DNA from: Candidatus Aminicenantes bacterium | GTDB taxonomy: Bacteria; Acidobacteriota; Aminicenantia; Aminicenantales; JAFGBC01 | NCBI GenBank assembly: GCA_963702005.1 | Contig: OY969696.1 | Coordinates: 1,696,001 to 1,760,000, forward strand | Reading direction: 5' to 3' | DNA: 64,000 nucleotides | In this document: piece after piece, positions 39,266-48,431 of the stretch | How the letters are laid out: each line of letters begins with the position of its first letter | How positions within the stretch are numbered: position 1 is the first letter of the stretch | Notes under the pieces: generated by a model | Told to the model about the DNA's origin: nothing | Seen by the model: only the letters and a program-made list of their open reading frames with translations | Databases searched by the model: none | Made by a program: the position numbers and the translations under genes

Positions 39266-40258
39266 GTGAGGAGGAGGGACGTGGCCGCATCCGGAGCCCC
39301 GGCCTTCGCGGCCGGAATCGACGTCGGCGGGACCAAAGTTTCTTCGGCCTTGTTCGGCCCCGACGGCACGATGTTCGCCCGGGCCAAAGCTCCGCTCGAT
39401 CGCGCGGGCGCCGATAAGGCCGCCGAGCAGGTCGTCCGGATCCTTGGGGAACTCGAGGCGACAGCCGACGAAGAGGGCGGCCGGATCTTGGCCGCCGCCG
39501 TCTGCGTCCCGGGCATCGTCTTTCAAAAGAGCGGCCTCGTCTGGGCCCCGAACGTCCCCGGCTGGGTTCATTTTCCCCTCCGTGACAGGCTCTCCGGGAA
39601 GCGTCCTTATGCGGTTCTGATCGAAAGCGACCGGGCCGCTTATGTCTCGGGCGAGTCCTGGTGCGGAGCGGCCCGCGGCGCCAAGGACATTGTCTTCCTG
39701 GCCGTCGGGACGGGGATCGGGGCAGGGATCCTGGCTGGCGGCCGGGTCGTGCGCGGCGCCGAGGACATCGCGGGCGCCGTGGGCTGGTTCGCGCTCAACC
39801 CCGATTTCAAGGCCGACTACGCCGAGATGGGCTGTTTCGAAGCCGAGGCGTCGGGGAGCGCGGTCGGCCGCCGGGCCCGCCGCCTGCTCGAGGCGGGAGC
39901 CGCGTCCATTATGCTCGGGCTCGCCGGCGGCCGGATCGAAGGCGTGACCGCCGAAACCGTCGCGGCCGCGGCCCGCTCTCAAGACCCCCTGGCCCTCAAA
40001 GTTGTGGGGGAGACGGCCGCTTACCTGGCCATGGGGATCGCCAACATCGTCAGCATCCTCAACCCCGAGATGATCGTCCTGGGCGGCGGCTTGTTCCAAT
40101 CCGGGGATCTTCTTCTCGATCCCATCCGGCGCGACATCAAGAAATGGGCCCAGCCGCTGGCCGCCCGGGACCTCCGGGTGGAGCTCTCTCGGCTCGGAGA
40201 GGACGCCGGACTCTACGGATGCGGCAAGCTGGCTTGGGACAGTTTGAAAGGAGATTGA
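39266..40258 (+). CDS. ROK-family sugar kinase
   Basis: GIDVGGTK, ESD.AA...GE, VGTGIGAG, GCFEAEASG. Confidence 0.88.
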   Translation: MRRRDVAASGAPAFAAGIDVGGTKVSSALFGPDGTMFARAKAPLDRAGADKAAEQVVRILGELEATADEEGGRILAAAVCVPGIVFQKSGLVWAPNVPGWVHFPLRDRLSGKRPYAVLIESDRAAYVSGESWCGAARGAKDIVFLAVGTGIGAGILAGGRVVRGAEDIAGAVGWFALNPDFKADYAEMGCFEAEASGSAVGRRARRLLEAGAASIMLGLAGGRIEGVTAETVAAAARSQDPLALKVVGETAAYLAMGIANIVSILNPEMIVLGGGLFQSGDLLLDPIRRDIKKWAQPLAARDLRVELSRLGEDAGLYGCGKLAWDSLKGD

Positions 40259-40260
40259 TC

Positions 40261-41025
40261 ATGTCGGCCACGAAATACCTGGACAGGATCGGAGGGATCC
40301 TGGACGAGATTAAGACAAAGGAGTCAGATCATATCCGCGAAGCGGCGGTTTTAATGGCCGACTCGATCGCCCGGGGCGGCCGCGTTTACATGTTCGGGAG
40401 CGGCCACTCCGTCATCCCCGTCCTCGACATCTTTCCCCGCTACGGGAGCTTCGTCGGATTTTTTCCGCTCTACGACCCGCGCCTGATGTGGACGAACGTC
40501 ATCGGGCCGGGCGGCGCCCGCGAGCTCCTCTGGCTGGAGCGGCAGGAGGGCTACGCCAGGATTTTCCTCCAGAGCTATCGGCTCGAGCCTCGCGACGTCA
40601 TGCTCGTCTTCTCCCACGGCGGACTCAACGCTGCGCCGATCGAGGTCGCCCTCGAGGCCAAGGCCAAGGGCCTCAAGGTCGTCACGGTCTCGTCCCACCG
40701 GAACCTGAATATCGCGAAACGCTCCCACTCCTCGGGCAAAGCCCTGGCCGAGGTCGCCGACGTCGCCATCGACAACTGCGTCCCGCCCGAAGACGCCCTG
40801 GTCGACGTCGGACAGCTGGAGAAGGTCGCGGCCGGCTCCACGGTCGCCGCCGTCGCCGTCGCCATGTCCCTGGTCGCCGAGACGGCGGCCCGTCTGGCCG
40901 AAAAGGGAAAAGTTCCCCCGACCTTCGTCTCGCCCAACGTCCAGGGCGTTCCCAAGGACCACATGGCCGGCGTCTACCGGGCCTTCAGCGAGTTCTATTA
41001 CGCCCGGCCTTTGAAGAAGGAGTGA
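40261..41025 (+). CDS. SIS-domain sugar-phosphate isomerase-like protein
   Basis: Start MSATKY after GGAG (the ORF-track extension from 39661 overlaps the ROK gene); FGSGHS, FSHGG.N..PIE.A, HSSGK.L.EVADVAIDNCVP.EDA. Confidence 0.85.
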   Translation: MSATKYLDRIGGILDEIKTKESDHIREAAVLMADSIARGGRVYMFGSGHSVIPVLDIFPRYGSFVGFFPLYDPRLMWTNVIGPGGARELLWLERQEGYARIFLQSYRLEPRDVMLVFSHGGLNAAPIEVALEAKAKGLKVVTVSSHRNLNIAKRSHSSGKALAEVADVAIDNCVPPEDALVDVGQLEKVAAGSTVAAVAVAMSLVAETAARLAEKGKVPPTFVSPNVQGVPKDHMAGVYRAFSEFYYARPLKKE

Positions 41026-41027
41026 TC

Positions 41028-42221
41028 ATGTCGTCCTCCGCGACTTCCCCCCGGCCGGCGAGCGTCGCCCGGCTCCAGGCGTCGGCATTCGCCGGCATGT
41101 TTGTGTTCGGGATCGTCATGGCCGTCCTGGGCGCCATCCTGCCCTCGCTCTTCGAGCGGATCCGGATCGACAAGGCTGAAGCCGGCGGTCTTTTCCTCAT
41201 CATGAATTTCGCCATGCTCCTCATGTCCCTGTTCTTCGGACCGATCGTAGACCGCTTCGGGTTCAAGCTCCTGCTGGCCGTCTCGTCGCTTCTGGTCGCC
41301 TTGTCCTTCGGGTTGCTCGCCTTCGCCCCGGGCTATTCCTATGTCATTCTGGCCGCCGTCGTTCTGGGCCTGGGCGGCGGCGGGCTGAACGGAGGGACCA
41401 ACGCCCTGACCAGCGACCTCAATCCCGGCGGGCGCGGCTCGGCCCTGAACCTGCTCGGAATCTTTTTCGGGTTCGGCGCCCTGTCCATCCCGTTCCTGAT
41501 CGGCACGCTCCTCGGCTGGGCGGGGCTGGCCCGAATCCTCGTCCTGGCCGCGGCGCTGGGGATGATTCCCTTCGTCCTATTCGCGACGTCGGCCTTCCCC
41601 AAGCCCAAACAACCCCAGGGATTCCCGATCCGGGAGGTCAAGCGGATCGCGGGCGATCCGCTGCTCTGGCTTTGCGCGTTCATCCTCTTCTTCCAGTCGG
41701 GGAACGAATTCACCTTGGGAGGCTGGATTTCGACCTATCTTCATGAACAGTTCGGCCTGACGCCGATGACGGCCTCGCTGGTTTTGGCCGGCTACTGGGC
41801 GGCCGTGATGGCCGGCCGTCTCGCGGCCAGCCGGATCGTAGCCAGGACCGGCCACAACGGGCTCGTCCTGGGGAGCGCCCTGCTGAGCTTCGCGGCGGCC
41901 GTGCTCTTGGTGGGGGCTCCGAGCGGCGGAGCGGCCGTCGCCGGGGCCCTTCTCATCGGCCTCGGCTTCGCCGCCGTCTATCCCACGACCCTGGCCACGG
42001 TCGGCGAGCGGTTCTCCGCCGTTTCGGGAACGGCCTTCAGCATCATCTTTACGGTGGCCCTCTGCGGCGGAATGCTCTCGCCCTGGCTGGCGGGGACAAT
42101 CGCCCAGGCCGCGAGCCTCCGCCGCGGGCTTCTCGTTCCCGTCGTCAACTGCGCGATGATCGTCATTCTTCAGATTGTCTTGATCCGGCTCTCGAAGAGC
42201 GGCCGGACTTCGGCCGCCTGA
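41028..42221 (+). CDS. MFS sugar transporter
   Basis: ~12 hydrophobic segments, GPIVDRFGFK motif; true start ATG 41028 after AAGGAG. Confidence 0.88.
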   Translation: MSSSATSPRPASVARLQASAFAGMFVFGIVMAVLGAILPSLFERIRIDKAEAGGLFLIMNFAMLLMSLFFGPIVDRFGFKLLLAVSSLLVALSFGLLAFAPGYSYVILAAVVLGLGGGGLNGGTNALTSDLNPGGRGSALNLLGIFFGFGALSIPFLIGTLLGWAGLARILVLAAALGMIPFVLFATSAFPKPKQPQGFPIREVKRIAGDPLLWLCAFILFFQSGNEFTLGGWISTYLHEQFGLTPMTASLVLAGYWAAVMAGRLAASRIVARTGHNGLVLGSALLSFAAAVLLVGAPSGGAAVAGALLIGLGFAAVYPTTLATVGERFSAVSGTAFSIIFTVALCGGMLSPWLAGTIAQAASLRRGLLVPVVNCAMIVILQIVLIRLSKSGRTSAA

Positions 42222-42250
42222 GGCTTGGGACAAAACGGCGAGGAAGAACT

Positions 42251-44992
42251 ATGAACATGAGAAGTTTAAAAGCCGGCCCTCAGACGGCGGCGATCGCGAT
42301 CGTCGCGTTCATCATCCTCTGCCGGCCCGGCCCGGCCGCCCTGTCCGCGTCCGAATCTATGAGCTCCCTCAAGAAGGAGCTTCTCGCCCGGCATGCCGAG
42401 CTTCTCATGGAGAAAGGAATTCTCGACGCCTCGGGCCGCGAGATCGCCGGACGGCTGGACGCCCTGCTCCAGGACGCGGGAGGCAAGGGTTCCGGGCCGG
42501 GGGCGACGCTCGGGTCCGTCCTGTCGGCGCTCAACTTCACATCCTCCAACCTGGGCGGATTTCCGCCCTGCGCCTTTGACCGGCCGATCGGCCAAAAGCT
42601 TTCTTCTTTCGGGCATACGGTCGCGGAGGAAAACATCGACGCCGATGCGGAGGGGAGCGCCTGCCCGGCCGGCGGGATCGGGGCCGGAGCCTATGAGTGG
42701 ACGATGAGCGGGAATTTCCGGTACTGGTTCCTCAAGCCGGGCTGGTACGTGGACGAAACGGTCTGGGCGAACCAGTTTCACGTCTTCATGAACTCGGGCA
42801 AGACCCGAATCGCCCGGACCCTCTCGACGGACGCGCCCTCCGATAAAACGCTCGGCGCCTGGGGCTGGGGATACCCGGCCGGCGCCGGGAGCTACTACGC
42901 CCTTTTCCCCAAGGCGGGCTTTTCCTACGAGAGGAATCCCGAATTCCCGGTCAAGCTGGCCGTGACCCAGTTCTCGCCGGTCATCCCCCATAATTATAAG
43001 GAAACGAGCTACCCGGTCGCCGTCTACAAGTGGATCGCCTTCAACCCGACCGGACGTCCGGTCGATGTCTCGATCATGCTGACCTGGGAGAATATGGTCG
43101 GCTGGGAGCCGCGGCTTAAAAGTATCGCCAAGCCGACCTCCTTCGGCTGGGATCGCCGCGTCCGGGGCCGCGTCAACCGTATCGTGAGGGACGGCCGGAT
43201 GACCGGGATCGCCTTCAGCCGAGAGAAGGACGATCCCCGGACCGGGAACGCGCTCTCGGGCACCATGTGCATCGCGGCCGAGTCGATCCCGGGTCTGGCC
43301 GAAGTCTTCGTCCAGGCCGATTTCGACCCCAGGTCGGACGGCGCCGACGTCTGGAGAACTTTCTCCCGGAGCGGGACGCTTACGAACGCGGAGGAGTCGC
43401 GGACGACGGACGGGCAAAGCGCCTTGGGAGCCGCCCTGGCCGTGCGCCTGACCCTCCGTCCCGGCCAGCGAGTCGAGTTTCCGATCGTCGTCGCCTGGGA
43501 TTTTCCCTACGCCGAGTTTGAGCCGGGCGTGCGCCATTTGAGAAAGCACACGGCGTTCTTCGGCGCGAGCGGCCGGAACGCGGCGGCCATCGCCCGCGAG
43601 GCCTTGGCGAACTGGCGGGGCTGGGAGCGAGCCGTCGACGACTGGCAGCGGACCATCGTCGCCGACCGCGGCCTTCCCGACTGGTTCAAACAGGCCCTTA
43701 TCAACGAGCTCTACATCCTTCCCGAGACGAGCGTCTGGGACGCGGCGACGAACCTTCACACCTATCTCGAGAGCGCCGACTACCTTATGTACGGGACCTT
43801 CGACGTCGATTCCTACTGCTGGCATATTCTCAAGCTCTGGCCGGAGCTCGAGATGGAGCACATGCGCTATTTCAGCCGGACGGTCGAGCTCGAGGACGCC
43901 TCCCAGAAGGCTTACCTCTACGCCCTCGTCTTCCCCAACGAGGTCCCGGCCGACAAGCTCTCCTACTATTGGGGCGCGAACAAAACCGCCGGGATGGTCC
44001 CCCACGACATCGGTTCCCCCCGCAAGCGGCCCTGGGTCGTCCTGAACGCTTTCGACTGGCAGAACGGGAACGTCTGGAAAGACCTCAACCCCAAGTTCCC
44101 GCTCCGCGGGCTGCGGGACTACCTGGCCGGAGGCTCCCAGGACTCGGATTTTCTGAAAAGGGTATTCCGGTCCTCGGTCCTCGCCCTGGACACGCTCGAG
44201 AGGCGGTTCGCCGACCCCCAAAGTCATCTTCCCCGGAACGAGGGGATCCCGGACCAGACCTATGACACTTGGCGCATGAAAGGGGAGACGGCCTATGTCG
44301 GAATGCTCTGGCTGGCCGCGCTCAAGGCGACCGCGGCCATGGGCGATGCCTGCATCGGCTTGGGCATGGATTCGCTCGACGGGCTTCCGGTCAAGGACGT
44401 CGTCGCTAAATATCGCTCCTGGTTCGAGGCGGGGAGGCCCGCCCTCCAGAAGCTCTGGAACGAGAGGGGCGGCTATTTCGCCATCGACGCCGAGACCGAC
44501 GACATTATGACCGATCAGCTCTTCGGCGTCTGGTATGCGACCATGCTGGGGCTCGAGGGCGACCAGTCGGCGCCGATCATCCCGCGCGCGCAGGCCTTGC
44601 GGGCCCTCAAGACCGTCTATGAAAAGAACGTCCTCGGATTCGGCGGCGGCCTGCTGGGCGCCGTCAACGGCCGGACGGCCGCCGGGAAGCAGCTTTTCAG
44701 CCAGCAGGGCGATGAGGTCTGGGTGGGGACGGCCTACGCCTTCGCCTCGAACCTCATCCTCCACGGGATGAAGGATGAGGGCCTCCGGACCGCTTACGGC
44801 ATCTATCACGTCGTCTACAGCCCCTACGGCCAGGGCTATTTCTTCAAGACGCCCGAGGCCTACCTGAATCCCGACGAGCTCCGCTGGAACGATCGCTCCC
44901 GAACCTATCGGGACCGCTTGTTCAGGGCCATGAAGTACATGAGGCCCGGCGCGATCTGGGCCGTCTACGAGGCGCTTCAAAAAATGAAGTGA
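42251..44992 (+). CDS. Glycoside hydrolase family 116 (beta-glucosidase / beta-N-acetylglucosaminidase-like), secreted
   Basis: GGIGAG, FSPVIPHNYKETSYPV, YLESADY (nucleophile), PHDIG, WKDLNPKF, DQTYDTW (acid/base), DQLFG, EVWVG, TPEA, YMRP. Confidence 0.9.
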   Translation: MNMRSLKAGPQTAAIAIVAFIILCRPGPAALSASESMSSLKKELLARHAELLMEKGILDASGREIAGRLDALLQDAGGKGSGPGATLGSVLSALNFTSSNLGGFPPCAFDRPIGQKLSSFGHTVAEENIDADAEGSACPAGGIGAGAYEWTMSGNFRYWFLKPGWYVDETVWANQFHVFMNSGKTRIARTLSTDAPSDKTLGAWGWGYPAGAGSYYALFPKAGFSYERNPEFPVKLAVTQFSPVIPHNYKETSYPVAVYKWIAFNPTGRPVDVSIMLTWENMVGWEPRLKSIAKPTSFGWDRRVRGRVNRIVRDGRMTGIAFSREKDDPRTGNALSGTMCIAAESIPGLAEVFVQADFDPRSDGADVWRTFSRSGTLTNAEESRTTDGQSALGAALAVRLTLRPGQRVEFPIVVAWDFPYAEFEPGVRHLRKHTAFFGASGRNAAAIAREALANWRGWERAVDDWQRTIVADRGLPDWFKQALINELYILPETSVWDAATNLHTYLESADYLMYGTFDVDSYCWHILKLWPELEMEHMRYFSRTVELEDASQKAYLYALVFPNEVPADKLSYYWGANKTAGMVPHDIGSPRKRPWVVLNAFDWQNGNVWKDLNPKFPLRGLRDYLAGGSQDSDFLKRVFRSSVLALDTLERRFADPQSHLPRNEGIPDQTYDTWRMKGETAYVGMLWLAALKATAAMGDACIGLGMDSLDGLPVKDVVAKYRSWFEAGRPALQKLWNERGGYFAIDAETDDIMTDQLFGVWYATMLGLEGDQSAPIIPRAQALRALKTVYEKNVLGFGGGLLGAVNGRTAAGKQLFSQQGDEVWVGTAYAFASNLILHGMKDEGLRTAYGIYHVVYSPYGQGYFFKTPEAYLNPDELRWNDRSRTYRDRLFRAMKYMRPGAIWAVYEALQKMK

Positions 44993-45000
44993 GACCGGCC

Positions 45001-47373
45001 ATGAAGAAAGCGAACCCGACGACTCCCCCCCGGCCCAACCGGAAAGCCCGCTGGGTCCGGGTTCTCGGCTTGATCGTTATTGCGGTTGTCGCCGTCTTGG
45101 CCGTAAAGCTCCTCACCGAACGGAATCCCCTCGGCAAAGTCGCCCGGGCCTGGACGAGACTCGGGGTGGATAAGCCCAACGTCGTCGTCGTCACTCTCGA
45201 CACGACCCGGGCCGACCACCTCGGCGCTTACGGTTACGGCGGGGTCCGGACTCCGGTCCTGGACGGGCTGGCCCGGCGGGGGGCGCTCTTCGAACAATGC
45301 GCTTCGGTCGTGCCGCTGACGCTGCCCTCCCACTGCACGATTTTCACGGGCGTCTACCCGACGTTTCATGGCGTCAGGGTCAACGGGAACACGGCCTTGA
45401 GCGAGGAGCAGACGACCCTGGCCGAGGTCATGGCCGGCCGCGGCTACGCCTGCGGCGCGTTCATAGGCGCATTCGTCCTCGACGGCCGCTGGGGCCTTAA
45501 GCAGGGGTTCGAATATTACGACGATCGCTTCGACCTCAAGAAATACAAGCAGCTCGACCTGGGCACGGTCCAACGGCCCGGAAACCAAGTCGTGGACGCG
45601 GCCCTGTCCTGGCTCGAGGAGCGGAAGGCTAAGCCCTTCTTCGCCTGGGTCCACCTCTACGATCCCCACGCGCCCTATGAGCCGCCCGAGCCCTATTTCT
45701 CCCAGTACAAGGGGGGAGGGCTCGTCGGGCTCTACGACGGCGAGATCGCTTTCATGGACGAACAGATCGGGCGGATCGTCGCTTGGCTGGAACGGAACGG
45801 GCTGGAGCGGCGGACCGTCCTCGTCCTCGTCGGCGACCACGGCGAAGGCCTGGGCAGTCACGGCGAAAGCGGCCACGGCTACTTCATCTATGATTACGCG
45901 GCGCACGTTCCCTTGATCGTCGTCACGCCCTTCAAGGAGGCCGGCGGCATCCGGGTTGCGTCCCAGGTCAGCACCGTCGATCTCTTTGCAACCGTTCTCG
46001 GCCTGGCCAAAATCCCCGTCCCCGAGCGGGCTCAGGGACGCTCGCTGCTGCCCTTGCTTTTCGGAGCGGCGGGCGGCCGGAAGGATTCCGCTTACTGCGA
46101 GTCACTAGCGCCCAACATCCAGTACGGCTGGGCTCCCCTGCGCGCCCTGCGGACGGTCCAATACAAATTTATCAGCGCGCCCCGCCTCGAGCTCTACGAC
46201 CTCGAGCAGGATCCCGGCGAGACGGTCAATTTGATCGAAAGCCGGGCGCCCGTCGGCCGCGACCTCAAAACCAGGCTGGACCGGCTCGTCGAAGAAACGG
46301 GCCGCGGCGCCCCCAAGCCCCAGGCCGCGAACCTGGACAAAGAGACGGTCGCGCGGCTGGCGGCCCTCGGCTATGTCGGATCTCCGGTTTCGGAAAAGAA
46401 GGCCCGGGGCCAATTCCTGGCTGATCCCAAGGACAAGCTCCGCACCTTCGAATCGGTGCAAAGGGCCGGGGAGATGATCTTGAGCGAGGAGTACGCGCCG
46501 GCCGCCGCCATCCTCGAATCGGCCCTCAAAGACGATCCCGAAATTTCCCAAGCTCTGCTTCTGCTCGCAACCTGCCGATCCGAGCTGGGAGACAAGCAGG
46601 CGGCCAAGGCCGCTCTCGACGTCGTCCTCAAGAACGACCCGGAAAGCATTCAGGCTTTGATCTCGCTCGCGAACATCCTGATGGACGAGGGCTTGAGCGA
46701 AGACGTCATCGCCCTCTGCAAGCGGACCCTGGCCGTTGACGACAAGAGCGTCCAGGCTTTCATGCTCCTGGGGGAAGTCTATATGGCCGCCCAGAACGAG
46801 GCCAAGGCCCTTCCTTTTCTGGAAAAGGCCTTCGAGATCCAGCCCAAGCTGACCCAGAACGGCCTCAACCTGGCCGCCTGCTTGATCGGGCTCAAGCAGT
46901 ATGACCGGGCCGAATCCCTGTTGAATTCCATCATCCGGGAGACGCCGAAATTTCCCTTCGCCCAGTACAACTTGGGATTGCTCTACGAAGAGCAGGGGCG
47001 TTGGGAGGAGGCCCGGAAGGCTTACGCCGCAGAGGTCGCGCTTTATCCCCGGGAATTTCAGGCCCGGTTCAACCTGGGAAAAATATTATTCCGGGCCGGG
47101 GACAAACGGGGCTATCTCGACGAAATGCGGGAGGTCATAACGATCGCCCCCAAGCGCGCCGAGGGCTACTTGTTCCTGGCCCGGGGTCTCCTCGACGAAC
47201 CGGGATCGCTGGAGGAAGCCCGGACGCTCGCGGACAAAGGCCTCGCGCTGGCCCAGACCGGCGAGATCAGGGCCTTCGGCTATTTCCTCCTGGCCGATAT
47301 CTACAGCCGGACGCATCAACCCGATAAAATGCGGGCGGCCCTGGAAAAAGCCAACTCGTATAAATCCAAATAG
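45001..47373 (+). CDS. Membrane-anchored sulfatase-like (alkaline phosphatase superfamily) enzyme with C-terminal TPRs
   Basis: TM helix, TLDTTRADHL, TLPSH in place of CxPxR, HLYDPH, YDGEI, GDHGE; several TPRs. Confidence 0.85.
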   Translation: MKKANPTTPPRPNRKARWVRVLGLIVIAVVAVLAVKLLTERNPLGKVARAWTRLGVDKPNVVVVTLDTTRADHLGAYGYGGVRTPVLDGLARRGALFEQCASVVPLTLPSHCTIFTGVYPTFHGVRVNGNTALSEEQTTLAEVMAGRGYACGAFIGAFVLDGRWGLKQGFEYYDDRFDLKKYKQLDLGTVQRPGNQVVDAALSWLEERKAKPFFAWVHLYDPHAPYEPPEPYFSQYKGGGLVGLYDGEIAFMDEQIGRIVAWLERNGLERRTVLVLVGDHGEGLGSHGESGHGYFIYDYAAHVPLIVVTPFKEAGGIRVASQVSTVDLFATVLGLAKIPVPERAQGRSLLPLLFGAAGGRKDSAYCESLAPNIQYGWAPLRALRTVQYKFISAPRLELYDLEQDPGETVNLIESRAPVGRDLKTRLDRLVEETGRGAPKPQAANLDKETVARLAALGYVGSPVSEKKARGQFLADPKDKLRTFESVQRAGEMILSEEYAPAAAILESALKDDPEISQALLLLATCRSELGDKQAAKAALDVVLKNDPESIQALISLANILMDEGLSEDVIALCKRTLAVDDKSVQAFMLLGEVYMAAQNEAKALPFLEKAFEIQPKLTQNGLNLAACLIGLKQYDRAESLLNSIIRETPKFPFAQYNLGLLYEEQGRWEEARKAYAAEVALYPREFQARFNLGKILFRAGDKRGYLDEMREVITIAPKRAEGYLFLARGLLDEPGSLEEARTLADKGLALAQTGEIRAFGYFLLADIYSRTHQPDKMRAALEKANSYKSK

Positions 47374-47383
47374 GAGTGACTCC

Positions 47384-48343
47384 ATGAACAAACATGTCTT
47401 TCGCGTCCTAGCTGCCCTGACCGTCCTGGCCGTGTTCGTGAGCGCCCTGCCGGCCCTCGGCCAGTACCGGGAATATTATTTCTACGGGAAAGTCGTCGAC
47501 ACCGCGAAAATGCCCCTGGCCGAAGTCGAAATCCATCTCCGGGACGTCGCGACGAGCCGGGGCTACAACGTCAAGACGAACAAGGACGGAGAGTTCAAGT
47601 TCGCGGGCCTGCCCCACGGCGTCTACAAGGTCACCTTCAAGAAGGAGGGTTTCGCCCTGAAGGAGGACGAGTGGAGGTTCGAGGAGACCCAGGATACGAT
47701 CCAGAAGGTCGAAATCCCGACCATCACCCTTGTCTCCCAGGAGCTCGTCGAAAAGACCGAGCAACTCAAGCTCAACCAGGCCGAGATCAAGGCCGCCGCC
47801 GACAAAATCCGGGACAAGGATTACGACGGCGCGATCACCCAGCTCCAAGCCTTTCTGGAGAAGAATCCCCAAGAAGCCAACGCCCTCTACTTCCTGGGCA
47901 TCGCCTGCACGCGCAAGAAAATGTTCCCCGAGGCCGTCCAGGCGCTGACCCGGGTCAGCGAGCTTGTCCCCAAGTTCTCGCCGGTTTATTTCGAGCTGGG
48001 CGTTTGCTACCAACAGCAGGGCGAGCCGGCCAAGGCCGTTGAAGCCTATAAAAAGAACCTCGAGCTCGACCCTTCGAATGTGGACAGCGCCTATAACGGC
48101 GGACTGATCCTGTTCGGGATGAGCCGGATAGATGAAGCCCGAGTCTTGTTTGACAGAGCCCTGACCCTCAAGCCGGACGATCCGGACATCCTGGAAATGG
48201 CCAGCCGGTGCTACATCAACTCGGGAGAATTCGCGAAAGCCATCGAGTATCTCGAAAAAGCCAAGACCGGCGTCAAGGATCCGGACAAGCTGAAATTTCT
48301 GACCGACCTCATCGCCACGCTCAAGGAAAAAATCAAGGAATGA
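47384..48343 (+). CDS. Secreted carboxypeptidase-regulatory-like domain + TPR protein
   Basis: Signal peptide; GKVVD...PL..V.I..TNKDGEF.F.GL..G.Y.VTF.KEGF then ~5 TPRs. Confidence 0.85.
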   Translation: MNKHVFRVLAALTVLAVFVSALPALGQYREYYFYGKVVDTAKMPLAEVEIHLRDVATSRGYNVKTNKDGEFKFAGLPHGVYKVTFKKEGFALKEDEWRFEETQDTIQKVEIPTITLVSQELVEKTEQLKLNQAEIKAAADKIRDKDYDGAITQLQAFLEKNPQEANALYFLGIACTRKKMFPEAVQALTRVSELVPKFSPVYFELGVCYQQQGEPAKAVEAYKKNLELDPSNVDSAYNGGLILFGMSRIDEARVLFDRALTLKPDDPDILEMASRCYINSGEFAKAIEYLEKAKTGVKDPDKLKFLTDLIATLKEKIKE

Positions 48344-48363
48344 CTGCATGGTCGCGATTTCGC

Positions 48364-48424
48364 TTGACATCCCTTGACATAGGTGGTATTTAAAATTTGT
48401 AAGTTTAATAAACTTACAAATTTT
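48364..48424 (+). promoter_or_regulatory. Promoter and palindromic operator, probably for the adjacent ROK repressor
   Basis: TTGACA at 48364 and 48374; perfect AAAATTTGTAAGTTTA-A-TAAACTTACAAATTTT (48392-48424). Confidence 0.8.
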
Positions 48425-48431
48425 TGGAGAG

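Noticed and set aside
39661-41027. ORF-track N-terminal extensions of the SIS (from 39661) and MFS (from 40488) genes
   Set aside because: They overlap real upstream genes in another frame; RBS-supported starts are at 40261 and 41028
42266-44980. Long antisense ORFs (also 2557-3852, 17532-19691, 30143-32062, 36281-38374, 50747-53089, 54969-56897)
   Set aside because: Shadow frames of high-GC genes; no motifs, and the opposite strand has clear family signatures
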